Both the position numbers and the translations under genes were made by a program. The notes below the pieces were generated by a model. That model saw nothing but the letters and a program-made list of their open reading frames with translations, was not told the origin of the DNA and ran no database searches. A stretch of DNA of 64,000 nucleotides from Guillardia theta CCMP2712 (lineage: Eukaryota > Protista > Cryptophyta): the NCBI RefSeq assembly GCF_000315625.1, contig NW_005434666.1, positions 419,877 through 483,876 on the forward strand, given 5' to 3'. This document shows, piece after piece, positions 10,424 through 22,956 of the stretch (its first letter is position 1; every line of letters begins with the position of its first letter).

Positions 10424-12839
10424 TCAGTTCGACTTCTTCTGTCTGGCCTCAAGCACGGAGGCATGGGCTGTCATCGCCCTTAACCTCTCCACGAGCGAAG
10501 GATGCGAATTGTTGTATGCACTCCAAAGAGGGTCCGGGTCGAGGTTTGATTTGTTCTGCACAAGAGCAAGCATAGTCAACAACAATCACCAGCCTTGTCA
10601 TGACCATGCTCATCATTGAACGTCAAACAGCAAGAAACCCATCATCGGAACAGTCATCGACAAACCTCCGTGCTGATCTTCACGAGCGCTGCTGCAAGCT
10701 CCTTGCCGTGTCCCTGCTCTACGGCAAACCTGTCGGCCTGATGGCAAATAAGAGCTAACAATGTGAGCAAGAGGACTGAACCTCAAACTCGAACATCCTT
10801 GTCACGAACTGCTGGAAGAACTGCACGAAATGCTCCACAGGGTTGACTGAGTGGAGACGTGAGCAAGACAGGAGGAGGAGGAGGAGGAGGAGGAAACCCA
10901 TGTTGGAGAAGAGAATCAGGCCAATGATGACAGGCCTCTTGCTCTGAAACCCGAAGGCGGCGTACATCTCTTGAGGGGAAGCAGTCAGGTCAGTGGCGGC
11001 GCAGAGGAGGCAAGGACCTTGGTTGTGGAGCATGTAGCCAAACATGTAGAAGAAGATCAGCAGGTGGAGCTCGGCGACGAAGAGCTGAGGCAGGCTCAGA
11101 GTGAGGGACGTCGATTGTCGCGGCAGCATCACTGACCTGTTTGTAGATGTGCGCCTTTGCCCAGTGTCCGAGTTCGTGACCTGACAAGAGATTGAGAGGA
11201 GCGAGTGAGAGCGGGGAGAAGGACCTAAGATCGCAACGATCTCTTCGATCTTACAGCCCGAGCTCTTGCTTTCCTTTGACTTGCCAGTCTCATCCTGACC
11301 ATTCTTCTGTAAGCCAGTCAGGCACTCAAGACATCGTAGAGACGCGATGCTGCCTACTTCTTCTTTCCCCAGGAGAGACAGGTTGAGAGTGTCAAAGAGC
11401 ACAACACGCTTGTTGTTCCCAAAGCCTGTCTGAGTCTCACAGGAGAGAAGCAGGAAGGACGGCAAGTGTCACTTGCCGTAGAAATATGCGTTGCTGTGAC
11501 TTGACCGGGTGGAGCCTGGGAGCCTTTAGATTTCTCCTCTGCCCCAGACAGAAACGTTGCTCACCATCGACCACAAAGAGCTTTTTCAGCGGGAAATTGT
11601 GTGCTCGCGCAAGATCCTCTATTGCCGACTTCAAACTTCCGTCCTGTGGCCTCTAAGATCGTGAGGAAGAGCATGACAAGAGAGTTGCCTTCAAGGGTGT
11701 GAAGGTGTTGAACAAGGGCTGCAGCATCAGCAGCATCAGTCTCCCATCCTCGTCAGATTGGTTGCTACTGCCTGACCTGTATGACTTGAGGATAGATGGT
11801 CTGAAACACCAGCACAAGCACAAGGCAGAAACTCCAGATGTAAAACCAAAAGTCTTTCCCTCCCCAGATGATGATGTGAATTCCTTCAGAAATGTCACGA
11901 TAGCTTCCATGTACTCTTGTAGACGTGAAACACACCGCCAGCAACCGCAGGAAACAGAAGCACTGGCGACGTTCAGTCAGTTTCTATCCTTCATGGCAGG
12001 TGGTGAAAGGATGGGAAGGGCAACTAGAGCAGAACAACAAGGGCAAGAAAGACCAAGAGATTAGAGGAGAGAGATGTGAGAGAGAAGGGACGAGAGATGA
12101 GAGGCAAGACATGCTCATACCGACAACCAGAAAGAAAGTCTTGACTTGATCCATGAACCAAAGGCTGAGAGTCTGCTTGTTGAAACCTCGCTCATCGCGT
12201 CAGTAACATCGAGTGTGCCATCGCCTTAGTCGTTCCACCATGTCGCTCCTCGATCACGAAGGTCTGATAGAGATCCAGGGGCGCGGACTCGATGATTGAC
12301 TTGGCGTAGAGCCTGCGGGTCTTCAGCATCACCCTTGACATCGTCATGGTCCTTACACAATGCAGAAAGAGACGGACTGCCAGATCTCATTCTGCTCAGA
12401 GAAGCCCAAGGGCTTTATGAGGATAAGGGAGACTTCCCACATCCATAACAATCCTCCCATCAGGTAGAAAAAGATGGTCGCTGTTATGTTGACCCCCGAC
12501 GACATCATCTCGAAGCTGATCTTGTCTCTGCTGTATTCGTTCGCCTTCAGGAATTCCTCCTGCATGATCCAGTCAGAGTGCCGGAGGTCGGTCCAGACAC
12601 TGGCATGCAAGAGCTCACCTCTGTCACAATTCCCTGCAGCTCCTGCGGGAGCTTCTTCTGGCAGAGTTTCTTGTGCTGCCGAAGATCGAAGTATAACTCC
12701 ATGGCCCATGAGAGCACCGAGAACAAGAGGAAAAGTTCTGAAGGGACTGTCAGGACACTCTCTTGGCCTCCTCCCTCACTTCCTGCTCCTCCTCTCCCTC
12801 CCCTCCCCTTGCCCTCCCCTTACCAAAAAATGCAACCAT
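10424..12839 (-). CDS. STE24: CAAX prenyl protease 1 (peptidase M48A), multi-exon
   Basis: Spliced motifs: [75 protein letters not shown], zinc site HELGHW, FEFE-ADRFA, HPSLVERL; ends KKSN* (TGA 10424-10426). Confidence 0.93.
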
Positions 12840-13060
12840 GATCCACCTTGTTGGGCACCAATCGCCCCCTCATCCCCCTCACTACCCATCTTGGAAGCCC
12901 GCCCCAGAGTGGCCCCAGAGCTGTCCTGAAATCGCTCAGCGGTACTGATTTTTTAACTTACCACCTTTGAGTAAAAGACTGAGCTGGACTCACGGGCCCC
13001 GGGGTCCGATCCCGGCACTCAGCCGCCCGACACTGAGCGGCCGCGGGCCCTATGGCTAAG

Positions 13061-13165
13061 TTCGGCTGCCACAGTGCCACCGTCATCAGTGCCGTTTAAT
13101 TCGGCTGCCACAGTGCCACTGCTAGCCGCGTCTTGCAGTGCCACTGCTAGCCGCGTCTAGCAGTA
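13061..13165. repeat. Nested short direct repeats (TTCGGCTGCCACAGTGCCAC x2; CAGTGCCACTGCTAGCCGCGTCT x2)
   Basis: Copies at 13061-13080 and 13100-13119; the second unit is duplicated at about 13111-13133 and 13136-13158. Confidence 0.7.
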
Positions 13166-13409
13166 CGGTCATGTACAAAAAAAGTTGAAGTTCCTAATCA
13201 TGAATCATTGAATAATAATAAGACACGAGATGATGAGCTACTATAACGAGAAGAGAGTCGAAGGGCAGCGAGAGAGAGTCTGTAGAAGCTTGAGGAAAAC
13301 TGGGTGGCGACTAAGGGAGAGGACTCGGTCACTGAAAACAAGTTCGTGGGAAGATAGCCGAGAAAAATCCACTGTGGAGGTGAGTGATTTGGCGATCATC
13401 GCCGATGCT

Positions 13410-16400
13410 TCAGAAGATGATGTAGGAGGGCTCGATGTCCGACTGCGGTTCGTTGGCCTCCCTCCTGGGCGAGAGCGCGCCTATTCGGTTCTCCGCCTTG
13501 ACCGACACGAGGGGAGCTCGGTTGCCAATGACGATGCCGTTCCCCTCGCCCTCCTTGTGACTCTCCTCCTCCTCCCCCTTGAGCTGGTTCGACCCATGGC
13601 CAGGACTGCCGCTAGAGCTGCGCCGATCTCCGTTCGACCTCGTCAAGACCGTACCTCGCTTCCCCTTCGCCATCACCGCAGAGTTCTCTGCGACTGCGTC
13701 AGGGGTGAGGGCGAGAGGGAGGGAGAAGCATCACTGGAGAGGAGGAGCTTCAGCGCTGTCAGGGTCACCGCCTTCTCTGAGTCAGGATCGTCGACCTCCA
13801 TCAGGGCCTGGAGTGGGTGAAGTCTCAACTATTTGACAGCCGCGCCCGCAGTGAGCTCACCTTGGTGATCATCCGGTTTGTGTAGTGCTCGAGCTGCGTG
13901 GTGTGTCACTTCTCCGTTGCTCCTCGCATGCTCGCTTGCCTGTCTCTTCATGATCTTGGTGAAGCCCTCATAGTTCACAAGCTTGTCATGGGTGCACCTG
14001 AAGAGACCATGAGCAAGCAACGAAACCAAGGAGGAGGAGCAGGACAGTGAGAAGTGCTCGGTTAGAAAGTCAAAGTCATCGTATGTCAAATGAATCTTGG
14101 GTTTAGTTCCCAGCATCTGTGGCTAAGTCAAGCCCGAAACCCTGAGCTCCTCTACTGGACCTTCAAGCCCAGTTGCAGATCGTCGAAGCTAAGCGCTGGC
14201 TTCTCGTCCAGGTTCACAGCCTGGACAGCATGCGATTAGATAAAGAAAGAGCGAAACACAACAAGCAAGCATGCGTGAGAGGGAGAAGGACACGAGGAAT
14301 CAAGGAAAGGGCTCGAAAAAGCTTAAATGATTGAGTAGGACAAAATCAAAAGTGAAATGGGTGGGAAGAGGATGCTGTGATGAATTCTGCTCCCTCTCCT
14401 CTCCTCTCCTCTCCTCTCCTCTCCTCTCCTCTCTTTCACCTTGAACAACGCAAGCGTCATGTCATGCAAATGCTCTAAGCTCTCGAAGGCTGCCAGCTGT
14501 TGGGCATGGGGTGAGGAGAAAGAGACAAGGAGGGACAGGCAGGAAACCTGATCCATGATCACGTCCAGGCAGAACTCTGAAGCACTGACCACCCGTCAGC
14601 AAGATCATCGAGACCCTCCCGTTATCCCGCTCCTCTCTCCACCTGTGCATGCGAGATCCTTGCTTCTCAGCCTTCTCGTTCTTGACAATCTGAGGGGAGA
14701 TGGTCATTCGCAATTCAGAGAACCGTGTGATGAGCAAGGCGATAATCGCTCTACTTGCCTGATCCTCCTGTGCAACAGATCTGGTGAAGTTGTCGAGCAG
14801 CACGGCAACGACGACGTTCAACAAGACCATCCCCGTGATTATCTGTTGACGTGTCACTTTCACTTCCCTCCCTCCGCCCCGGTGAGAGTGACTGCGACTG
14901 ACCGAGTACGACGTAAAGAAGATCATGACCTTCCCATCGAACTCGTTCTGTCCCACCTGCTCCTAGATCAAACTCCTCCACATAGCGTCGCAATAAGTCC
15001 TCCTCGCATGCTCCCTCGCCTCTCGCCCGCTCAAACTTTCCTGCCACCTTTCCCCTCTCCCTCCTTAGCTGGTGCCTTCCTGCCACTCACATCGCATACG
15101 CCTGCCGGGTCGCCAGGTGGGTTCGGCGTGCCGACCTCCTTGCCGTTCTGGACACAAACGTAGAAGAGAGATCTTGCCAGCACTCTCAGCTCTAGCAGAT
15201 ATCAGTCGCTGCAATTTGTCACCTGGCAAGCATCGATGCCCAGCTATCCCCCGTTGCGACCTGATAATGCACAAAAACATCATGACGAGTATGTGCAAGG
15301 GGAAGGAGGAGAAGGAGGAAGGGTGAGAGAAGGAGCAAGTATGATTTTGAGCAGCAGAGAGAGAACAAAAATCTGAGCAAGCTTGAGGAAGGAAGAGAAC
15401 TGCAACAAGAGGAAGGCAGAGAAAAAGCTGTACGCAAAGGAAATTGAGGAGGAACGAGCGATACCTGATACATGGAGAACATCGACTCGTGAAGGTTCGA
15501 AAACTCTTGAGCTCGGGTCCCGTAGAGTTCAACGGCTAAGATGGCATACCTGAAAGAAGGGACTCAGTTTGAATGTGCTAGAGAGCAACCAAGGACGGGC
15601 GGAAGTCATACGAGAGGAAGGGTAATGATTATGCAATTTTGGGATAGAAAGTTCTCACATGACGATCACTACAACGAGGACAAGGACAGAGTTGAGGACA
15701 GGGATCAACGATCCGATGCTGGGTAAGAATAATCAGTAGGTTCGAGCAGTAGGAAGCAAGTCACATGGCATTGAAGAGGATCCTCAGAGACGTGAGTTTG
15801 CGGAATAATCGAACCTGAAGCAAAGCAAGAGTCGTGTGAAGAAAAGGAGAAAGAATTGAGGAGGGGAAAACTTACAGCTCGAAAGACTCGAAGAAGTCGG
15901 AGGGAGTTTATGATTGGAATATCTGTTGGTTGGATCAGACCTCTTCGTATGGTCTTTCATACACTCACTGACTGACGGGAGAAGTGCAACTATAGAGAAG
16001 GTGACAACAATCTATGCAGGTGTTAGACCTGCACGCTAAAGAAAATGGACAAGACAGATCAAGAAATCAGAGAATGGAGACAATAAACGCACAAAGTCAA
16101 AAATGTTCCATCCGTCCGTCACAAACTGCCAGAAGAAGTGGATCGCTATGTTCCACAACAACTCGAAAGCTAAGAAGGAGGTGAAAATGATGTCCATATT
16201 GCCGAAAAACTGCGAATGTTTGATCAGGCATCCAATCTTCTTGGAAGCTAGCCTATACATTATCCCAGTAGGAATTGGGCGTTGGGACCACCTGAGCGTA
16301 AAACACGGCATTGAGTGACATCAACACGAAGGGCAAACAACTCACTTGAGCCTCAGCGATATTGAGAATGAAATTGAGTGCGATGACTGAGGCCACGACA

Positions 16401-17667
16401 CCCTGAAAAGCCGCATCGTCACTTCATGATCAGATGGTCAAGTTGTTCTATGCAACATCGCATATAAACAAAGAATGTCAACAGCCTGAGATAATCTCAA
16501 GCACAGAGGAAAGTCATGGCAAGGCAGGTCAAAGGAAATCGTTCGGTTGCGTTAATTTCAATCATTGAGAGATACCTGAAACAATTTCGAATGGTACATT
16601 CTCGCCGACTTGTCTCGTATCAGTTTGAGCTGTAAGACCCATCAAAAGAGCTGAATGGTACACAAGAGATGAATACTGTCGACTTAGTCTCCCTCTCCTT
16701 CTTACTAGCAGCAGCTTTGGAGGCCTTGGTTGGAACAAGGTGTCATTATTCCTGCAAGTGAACCGGTCCATCTCTATTTCTGTACCTGACGAATGAAATT
16801 CATCCATTCTTCTGCCTTTTCCTTATTCTCTACTCTGAGCACAATGGTCCTGCCTGCATTACTTCCCTCCTCTGATGTTGTGATCCAGAAGCAGTCGTCC
16901 TCGCTGAGACCTTTGTTTCCCGATTGCCTTGTGCTTTGCCTTCCATTCGCCGCATCCACATCTGAGTTAGTCTGAACAGCAAAGTTAAAGCATTCCAGAG
17001 AAAGTCTTCTTGCATCAGGATTAAAAACATTGATACGGACAGCACCATCTCCACATACAATTTGCACGAATGAAGCACAAATGTTTCAGGAAAGGTGCAC
17101 ACGAATCTTGTGGTTCGATGGACTCACCGACATGAAAGCCAACGTGCTGGCTAACTTTGCGCCCGCAAGGGACACACTCTGATCTACCTTTAGCTAGAGA
17201 AAGCAAGTCAAGGTCATCAATAAGGCAGTCTGTCTTATCATTACTGCTGTCCTGACATTGACGATCTCATGCAGAGGGACTACATCTCGTGCCTGTCCTC
17301 AACCAATTCAACGAGATCTCATCCCATGTCAATGGCTTACGCTCTTATTTCCTTGCTTGGCAAGATAAAGATGCGTTGTTGTCACCACCAACGTCCTGGA
17401 CAAGCATCAAATCCACATAGATAAAGTGTAGAGAAACAAGAGGATGATGTACCTCTCTTGCCAGTCGTGCCTTCCACCCGAGCACAGTTTCCACACGCTT
17501 CCTGATTTCACGACATCTCCCTCAAACACCATTTCGCTGTCCTCGTCATCTTTATTGTTCAGGATGCCATGCAGGGCATTTGAAGACTCATTGGATGAAC
17601 GGGGTTGGGTTGCATACTGTTCTTGGTTCTGCACGCTGGCGAACACAATCGCTGCACGTTGAGCCAT
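13410..17667 (-). CDS. Single-repeat (6TM) voltage-gated cation channel with N-terminal PH domain and C-terminal EF-hand-like region; multi-exon, 5' end may extend further
   Basis: PH: VVKSGSVWKLCSGGRHDWQERYIIL ... CFWITTSEEGSNAGRTIVLRVENKEKAEEWMNFIRQV. S2-S3: DIIFTSFLAFELLWN...DGWNIFDF. S4: LRLLRVFRAVRLFRKLTSLR. Pore: QVATGDSWASMLAR. S6: IITGMVLLNVVVAVLLDNF. C-term: VNLDEKPALSFDDL, LTYDDFDFLTE, VNYEGFTKIMK. Confidence 0.85.
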
Positions 17668-18314
17668 CACACTGAAGCAGGCAGACTTGTTGGTTTACAC
17701 GACAGCTCGTGTAGCAACAGATGCAGGAGAGAGAGCTCCACTCTTGATGGATGATCCTCCTCCTGCTTTTTACGACCAAAAATGGACCACAGGTTTCTAG
17801 GCCTTGCAGGGAGCAGCTGGCACCATCCTGTGGATTCAAGGCAGTCAAATAGCAGAAGAAGGATCCTGAACGTTCAAGTGAAGACAAATGAGGCTGCAAT
17901 ATGGTCGATCAGGGACTATGTTCTTTGAACCTCTCAAGTTGTTGTTGCCACTGTGAAAGCTTCTTTACCCCCAAGCATCGGATTCAAGATTTCAGCTCTA
18001 GGAGTGGGGAAAGGAGCCTGCTTGTAGTTCAACAAGGCAAGTGCAAGGCAAGCTACAATGAAACAAAGAAATAAGCTCGAACAAGCTTGCATGCATATGT
18101 GAAGTTAACAGTTGATCAGTGTGCGGTGTGCAAAGAGACGATCGATCAGGAGAGATTGGAGTGGGCGAGAAGAGACAACAAGGATCAAGATGGTGAAAGA
18201 ACAAGTGCCGTGCTAACGAGATCACGACAAACGGGTGAGATCAGCGACGGGAAACGCTTATCAACCCCGGCATAGCGCTATGTCCCCCATAATTTTGTGC
18301 CTCTCCATCCCGAA

Positions 18315-18373
18315 CCCAATAGAACCCACCCAATAGGACCCACCCAATAGGACCCACCCAATAGGACCCACCC
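18315..18373. repeat. 14-bp tandem repeat (CCCAATAGGACCCA), about 4 copies
   Basis: cccaatagaaccca cccaataggaccca cccaataggaccca cccaataggaccca ccc, intergenic. Confidence 0.85.
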
Positions 18374-20472
18374 TTGGGCATTTACATACCCAAAAGCCCT
18401 TACAATAATGCCCGACTTTTCCACCCCTGTAGGAAAAACCCTAGTACCCCACCACCCTCTGACCGCCCACCACCCATACATATACTAGAATCAGCCCACC
18501 CCCCACCCCCTTTCTTGATTTTTTTGACCGCACCCTTCCATACTTACGAGGATCACCAGGGTAATAATACCAAGTACAGAATACGCCTATGAATAATAAA
18601 AAACCTAGCCTGCCTATCTCCGACAACCACCCCCATGTAGAGATCCCACCCCCACCCCCTGACGGTCCAGCCGGGGAACTCAGTGCCTTCCGCCGCAGGG
18701 CCCGGGGGGCTGCTCCGGGGGGCGGCCCCGGGGGCCCGGGGCCGGCCCAGCCTGCCCGGCACTGCGGCAAGTTCCGGCGGGCCGAGTCACCGACTCACTA
18801 AACTTGAAACTTGCCAAGTTGATCATTCTTGACCCATCGGCGAGCGGCCCCAGGCTGCCAACCGTGTTGTCCCGGTTGGCTCAGTACTTCACTTAACCGC
18901 CGGCCGGGCCGTAGTAACCTGAGCGGCCCGGACAGGACCCGGCATTCCGAGTTCCGAACTCCGACGAAGCCTTCCGCGGCCGCGTGACCAACTTCCGCCA
19001 GCGTCGAAAGATCGCTGTGCGGCGCGGCCGCCGCCGAAGGAACGGGGGCCGTTTAGTACGGAATGAGCCGCTGTGACGGGCCCTGCATACGGCGGCCCGA
19101 ACTTCGGTCGGAATGCACCCGCGATGGCATGCCATGATGGCAGCGAAGCCGGGACCGTCCGACACTGAGGCCGGGCCCCGGCAGTGAGGCCTTGCCAGTC
19201 CCAGTCCGTGACTGACTCCCGAGCTGAGTCACTCGGACTGTCCGCCTCCAGCCTGGCTCCCGGCGGGCCCGGCGCCGGGGGGCCGCAAGGAAAAGTATAG
19301 TACCGGTACTTTTGATACCAAGTCCTCGTTATGAAGGGGGTAGATGCTGTGGGTTTTGAGGGGTGGGTCCTGGGGTGGGGTACGAAAGGAACCTTGAAAG
19401 GGGGGTGAAGGGGTGGGGTAAAGTTACAAAATGGAAAGTTGGAAGTTTGAAAGTTGATTTTTGGTTGGAAAATGATTGCAAAGTACACGGTTACGACCGT
19501 TACTAATACGAGTCGGTGACCCTCCGCCTGTGAACAATCCGATCCTCGAAAGGCAATAGAAGGACAGCAAAGGATAATTAGTAAGGGATGATCCGGGACA
19601 TATTTGACGTGTCCCGGGCAGCGACCAAGAAGGTATCAGCGGGGGCCGTCGCTGATGCTCACGGATTCCACCGATGACAACCCGATCCTCATCCACAGTT
19701 CCGAGGGGTAGGTTGGTTATACCCGTGATCAGTCCGCAGTGGACCTAGGCATGGGGGGTGGGGGTGGATATTTCAATATCCTATGTCTATGGATACGGGT
19801 TGGTCATAGACGGGGTCAGAGGAAAGGACGTCACGTCCATATGTCTGCCGTGAGTCGGGGGACCGAATCGAGCCGGAAGCATATTTTTTTGAAAGGGAGA
19901 TATTTCAATTTTGAAAAATATCACTTTCGTAGTTTGATCACAGTGCAAGGATCCAGATTTATGTCATCAGTGTCATACTTTACTACACATTTCGCATCCT
20001 TTCTATCCTTCACACAACTTACCCGTACAATCCTCTTCTCCGACCCCACCCTTTGCCTTCCCCAAGGATCGCATCTTTTGGTGATGGTCAGCAATCGTCA
20101 GTTACCCCACCCTCGAAAACATCATTAAAAGGGGGGTCCTCCTTTCTGGGGCCGAGCTGCAGGGGATGTCAGGGGTCCTTTCCACTAGTTTCATGGGGGT
20201 TAGGGGGTGGGATCCTCCGCAGCCAAATACAGAGCAAATCGCTCTGCCTTCTGCCCCCTTGCTTCTGCCTTCTTCCTCTACCTCCTTACCAGAATCCTTT
20301 TACCCTGTATCCTTTCTGATTGTACTGTGGACTCTTCCCCCTTTTATCTGCCGGCCTCACCTTGGCTCTTCCTTCTTCGGCAAGCAGATCATTCTTGTTT
20401 CATCTCCTACATTCCTTGTTTCGTTCATCTCCTTTGCCCTGCACGTAAACCTACGACAACGACGAATTACTG

Positions 20473-20868
20473 ATGTGCAATGACAATCTGATTGAATTGA
20501 GGGAGACTGAAACAAAGCTGGCCACTAGAATCAGTGGAATGATTCATATTACAGACTTATATTTCTACGACGAGTTGAGGCGTACAAAAGGACCGCAAGA
20601 AGCTGGAGAATGGCTGCTGAGCCAGACGAAATCCTGCACAACTACGAATAGCACAGCAACTTCTTCACCTACATTAATCGCTGCTCGAGCCGAATGGAAA
20701 GACAGGTGTCATGGCAAGTGCAGGCTTGATTGTGGCGATTTTGACTGCAAGGGTTCATATGCGGCGAATGATATAATCGAGCAAAAGAATGATAGATGTA
20801 TGAAGAAGATAGGATCGAAGATCGGACTTCTGTTCACAGATGCTGCTCACCTGCTATTGCAAGATTGA
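20473..20868 (+). CDS. Hypothetical intronless protein (131 aa) with a small Cys cluster
   Basis: ATG-initiated ORF in otherwise non-coding DNA; contains CHGKCRLDCGDFDC; no family recognised. Confidence 0.4.
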   Translation: MCNDNLIELRETETKLATRISGMIHITDLYFYDELRRTKGPQEAGEWLLSQTKSCTTTNSTATSSPTLIAARAEWKDRCHGKCRLDCGDFDCKGSYAANDIIEQKNDRCMKKIGSKIGLLFTDAAHLLLQD

Positions 20869-21016
20869 ATGTTCTTCTGTATCTTAGAATGTCGTGTTCA
20901 TATACAATTCATTAAATGTACATATAGCAAGTGCCCCTCGTATTCCAGATACTTTCGGAGTGATAGTACTGAATATCTTTTCTGTCACTCTATCCACTTG
21001 ACTGCAACTCAATCAG

Positions 21017-22956
21017 CTATGTCTGACATATGACGACATAGTTTCGAAAGTTGTTAAAACTGAGTTGGGCTTCCAGCTGGGAGCGTAGATTGCTCAATTG
21101 TATCACCAAGCGAAGAAACTGCGATGCCTTCCAGCGTGCCTGACTCTGATGACTATAAGAATACAAAGCAAAAATATGGTTTCGTAGAGCATAACTCCGT
21201 TGCTCACCGAGTCCGAAATCGCTCTTTGTTGTGTTGGCGCTTCGTACCGTAGTTGTCAACATCCAAGGTTTTTTGAACCTAGCGGTTTGAAAATCACACC
21301 CCGAGGTCTTACCCTCGAACAGGCTTACTCCATGGTTTCAAATCTTTGCGATGACAAATCTCGCGTGAGGTTTCTGACTTTGTCTCTCTCCTACAAATCT
21401 GGTCAGTAAGAGCATTTGCCTTGATGTTTACTGAGAGTACCTTCTCGATAGCCTCGTCAAACAAAGTCTCCTGATCCTTCAACTTCTTCTCCAACACTTG
21501 AGCTCGTTGTATTCTATATGAAAAAAATGAATAGAATGTTTCAAAATGCATGTTTCGAAATTCATACTCTTTCTTGATTCGATTTTGTAGCGTGAGCTCA
21601 TACCCACCCGACAAGCCATGGATTGCCTGTTCGAGAAAGGATGACTTCGCCTGCGGACATTATTACTTCAAGAGCCCTTGTACGTTTGTGCAGAGCAGCC
21701 AATACTAATCTACCTCTGCTGCCTCTGCTCTGTCACGTAGCTCCAGTACAGATCGTTGAAGGGTGTACTCGGCTGTTGCAAGAGCATTCGCTGATTTGTT
21801 GAGAACAGCTTGAACTCGTTCCATCTTATCTTGTAAGTCATCATGAAGCATTGAGGCGATATTCTCATCCACTGACACCTGAGCCTGCAGTCAAATTGAG
21901 GAATGTAACATAGTTGTAGGTAGAAGCTGTACATTTCCTCTCATCATCATCTCTTGAATTTTCTTCATGCTTGGGGCTTTGTTGCCCGAAGTATCCAGCA
22001 ATTTCGTCACCTGCCGCATTGACATCAGCAAAGTCGATAGCTGTAACACCAACCTCCTGCAAACATTCTTGAATTTCTTTGGTTTTCATGTCATATTGAG
22101 TCCAAGTTTCTTCCATCTTTCGAAACGCAAGTAAAGCTCGTCCGTGCTCATGTGCATTTTGTAACACGGGCCAATCATTTCTTCTCACTGTCACAACAGG
22201 AACGTCGTATTCCGGCAAGGAAGATGCAAAAAGAAATCTGCATAGAAAAAAGCAATGTCACAGGCCTCACAGGTTCATACAAGTGATGGCGAATACTTCT
22301 CATTCCAGGAGACCAGGACGATTGCAGATGCGCCCGCACTGATTCCATTCTTGACCTGATCGCCGACATACGTTGAGCCTTCTGAACCATCACTGTTGAG
22401 GATAACGCAGATGTTGCTGCTCACTTTCATCCTGTTCCGTAGCCTCACATCCGCTGCTGGAGGATCGGCCACAACGATCGAGCCTTCCAAATCTGAGCAA
22501 GGTGACGAGTTCAGGCCGAAAAGACAGATCTTCTCTACTTTGCCCTCGCTGAGAACGTATAGATATCCCGGAACATTCAAGGCAGAATCTTCAGGCGCCG
22601 TGAAAGGAAAGGTTTGCAGCGCCGGTCGATCAGTTTTGCCTCCATTTCGCAAGCTCTGCATGCTTCTACCAGCCTTGTCGCTCTGCAACATGCTGCTCCC
22701 TTGCAACTTCTCCTTTGGTTTTGGGCCACGGATGAGTTTTGCAGGCTCCCTTCCCGCAGATCTCGTAGGTTCTGCCATAGGATCCCAGGGGTTGTGTGGC
22801 AGGGGTGGAGAGTAAGGGGCTGGGAGGGGTGGAGGATCAAATGGTTGTACTCCAGCCTCCTCTCAGCATCTTTGCTCTAGAGCCTCCCGTCCAGCTCGAT
22901 GTTCCACCCTCCCTCCCTTGACCCCAACTACCCGCTCCCATCAACTGCCAGGACAT
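21017..22956 (-). CDS. PA (protease-associated) domain plus coiled-coil protein, multi-exon
   Basis: LEGSIVVADPPAADVRLRNRMKVSSNICVIL...DQVKNGISAGASAIVLVSW...DVPVVTVRRND fits a PA fold; downstream helical/coiled-coil exons (IQRAQVLEKKLKDQETLFDEAIEK). Ends approximate. Confidence 0.6.

Noticed and set aside
6782-18373. Short tandem repeats (6782-6838, 13061-13165, 18315-18373) as CRISPR arrays
   Set aside because: No unique spacers, units too short, no cas genes, eukaryotic context.
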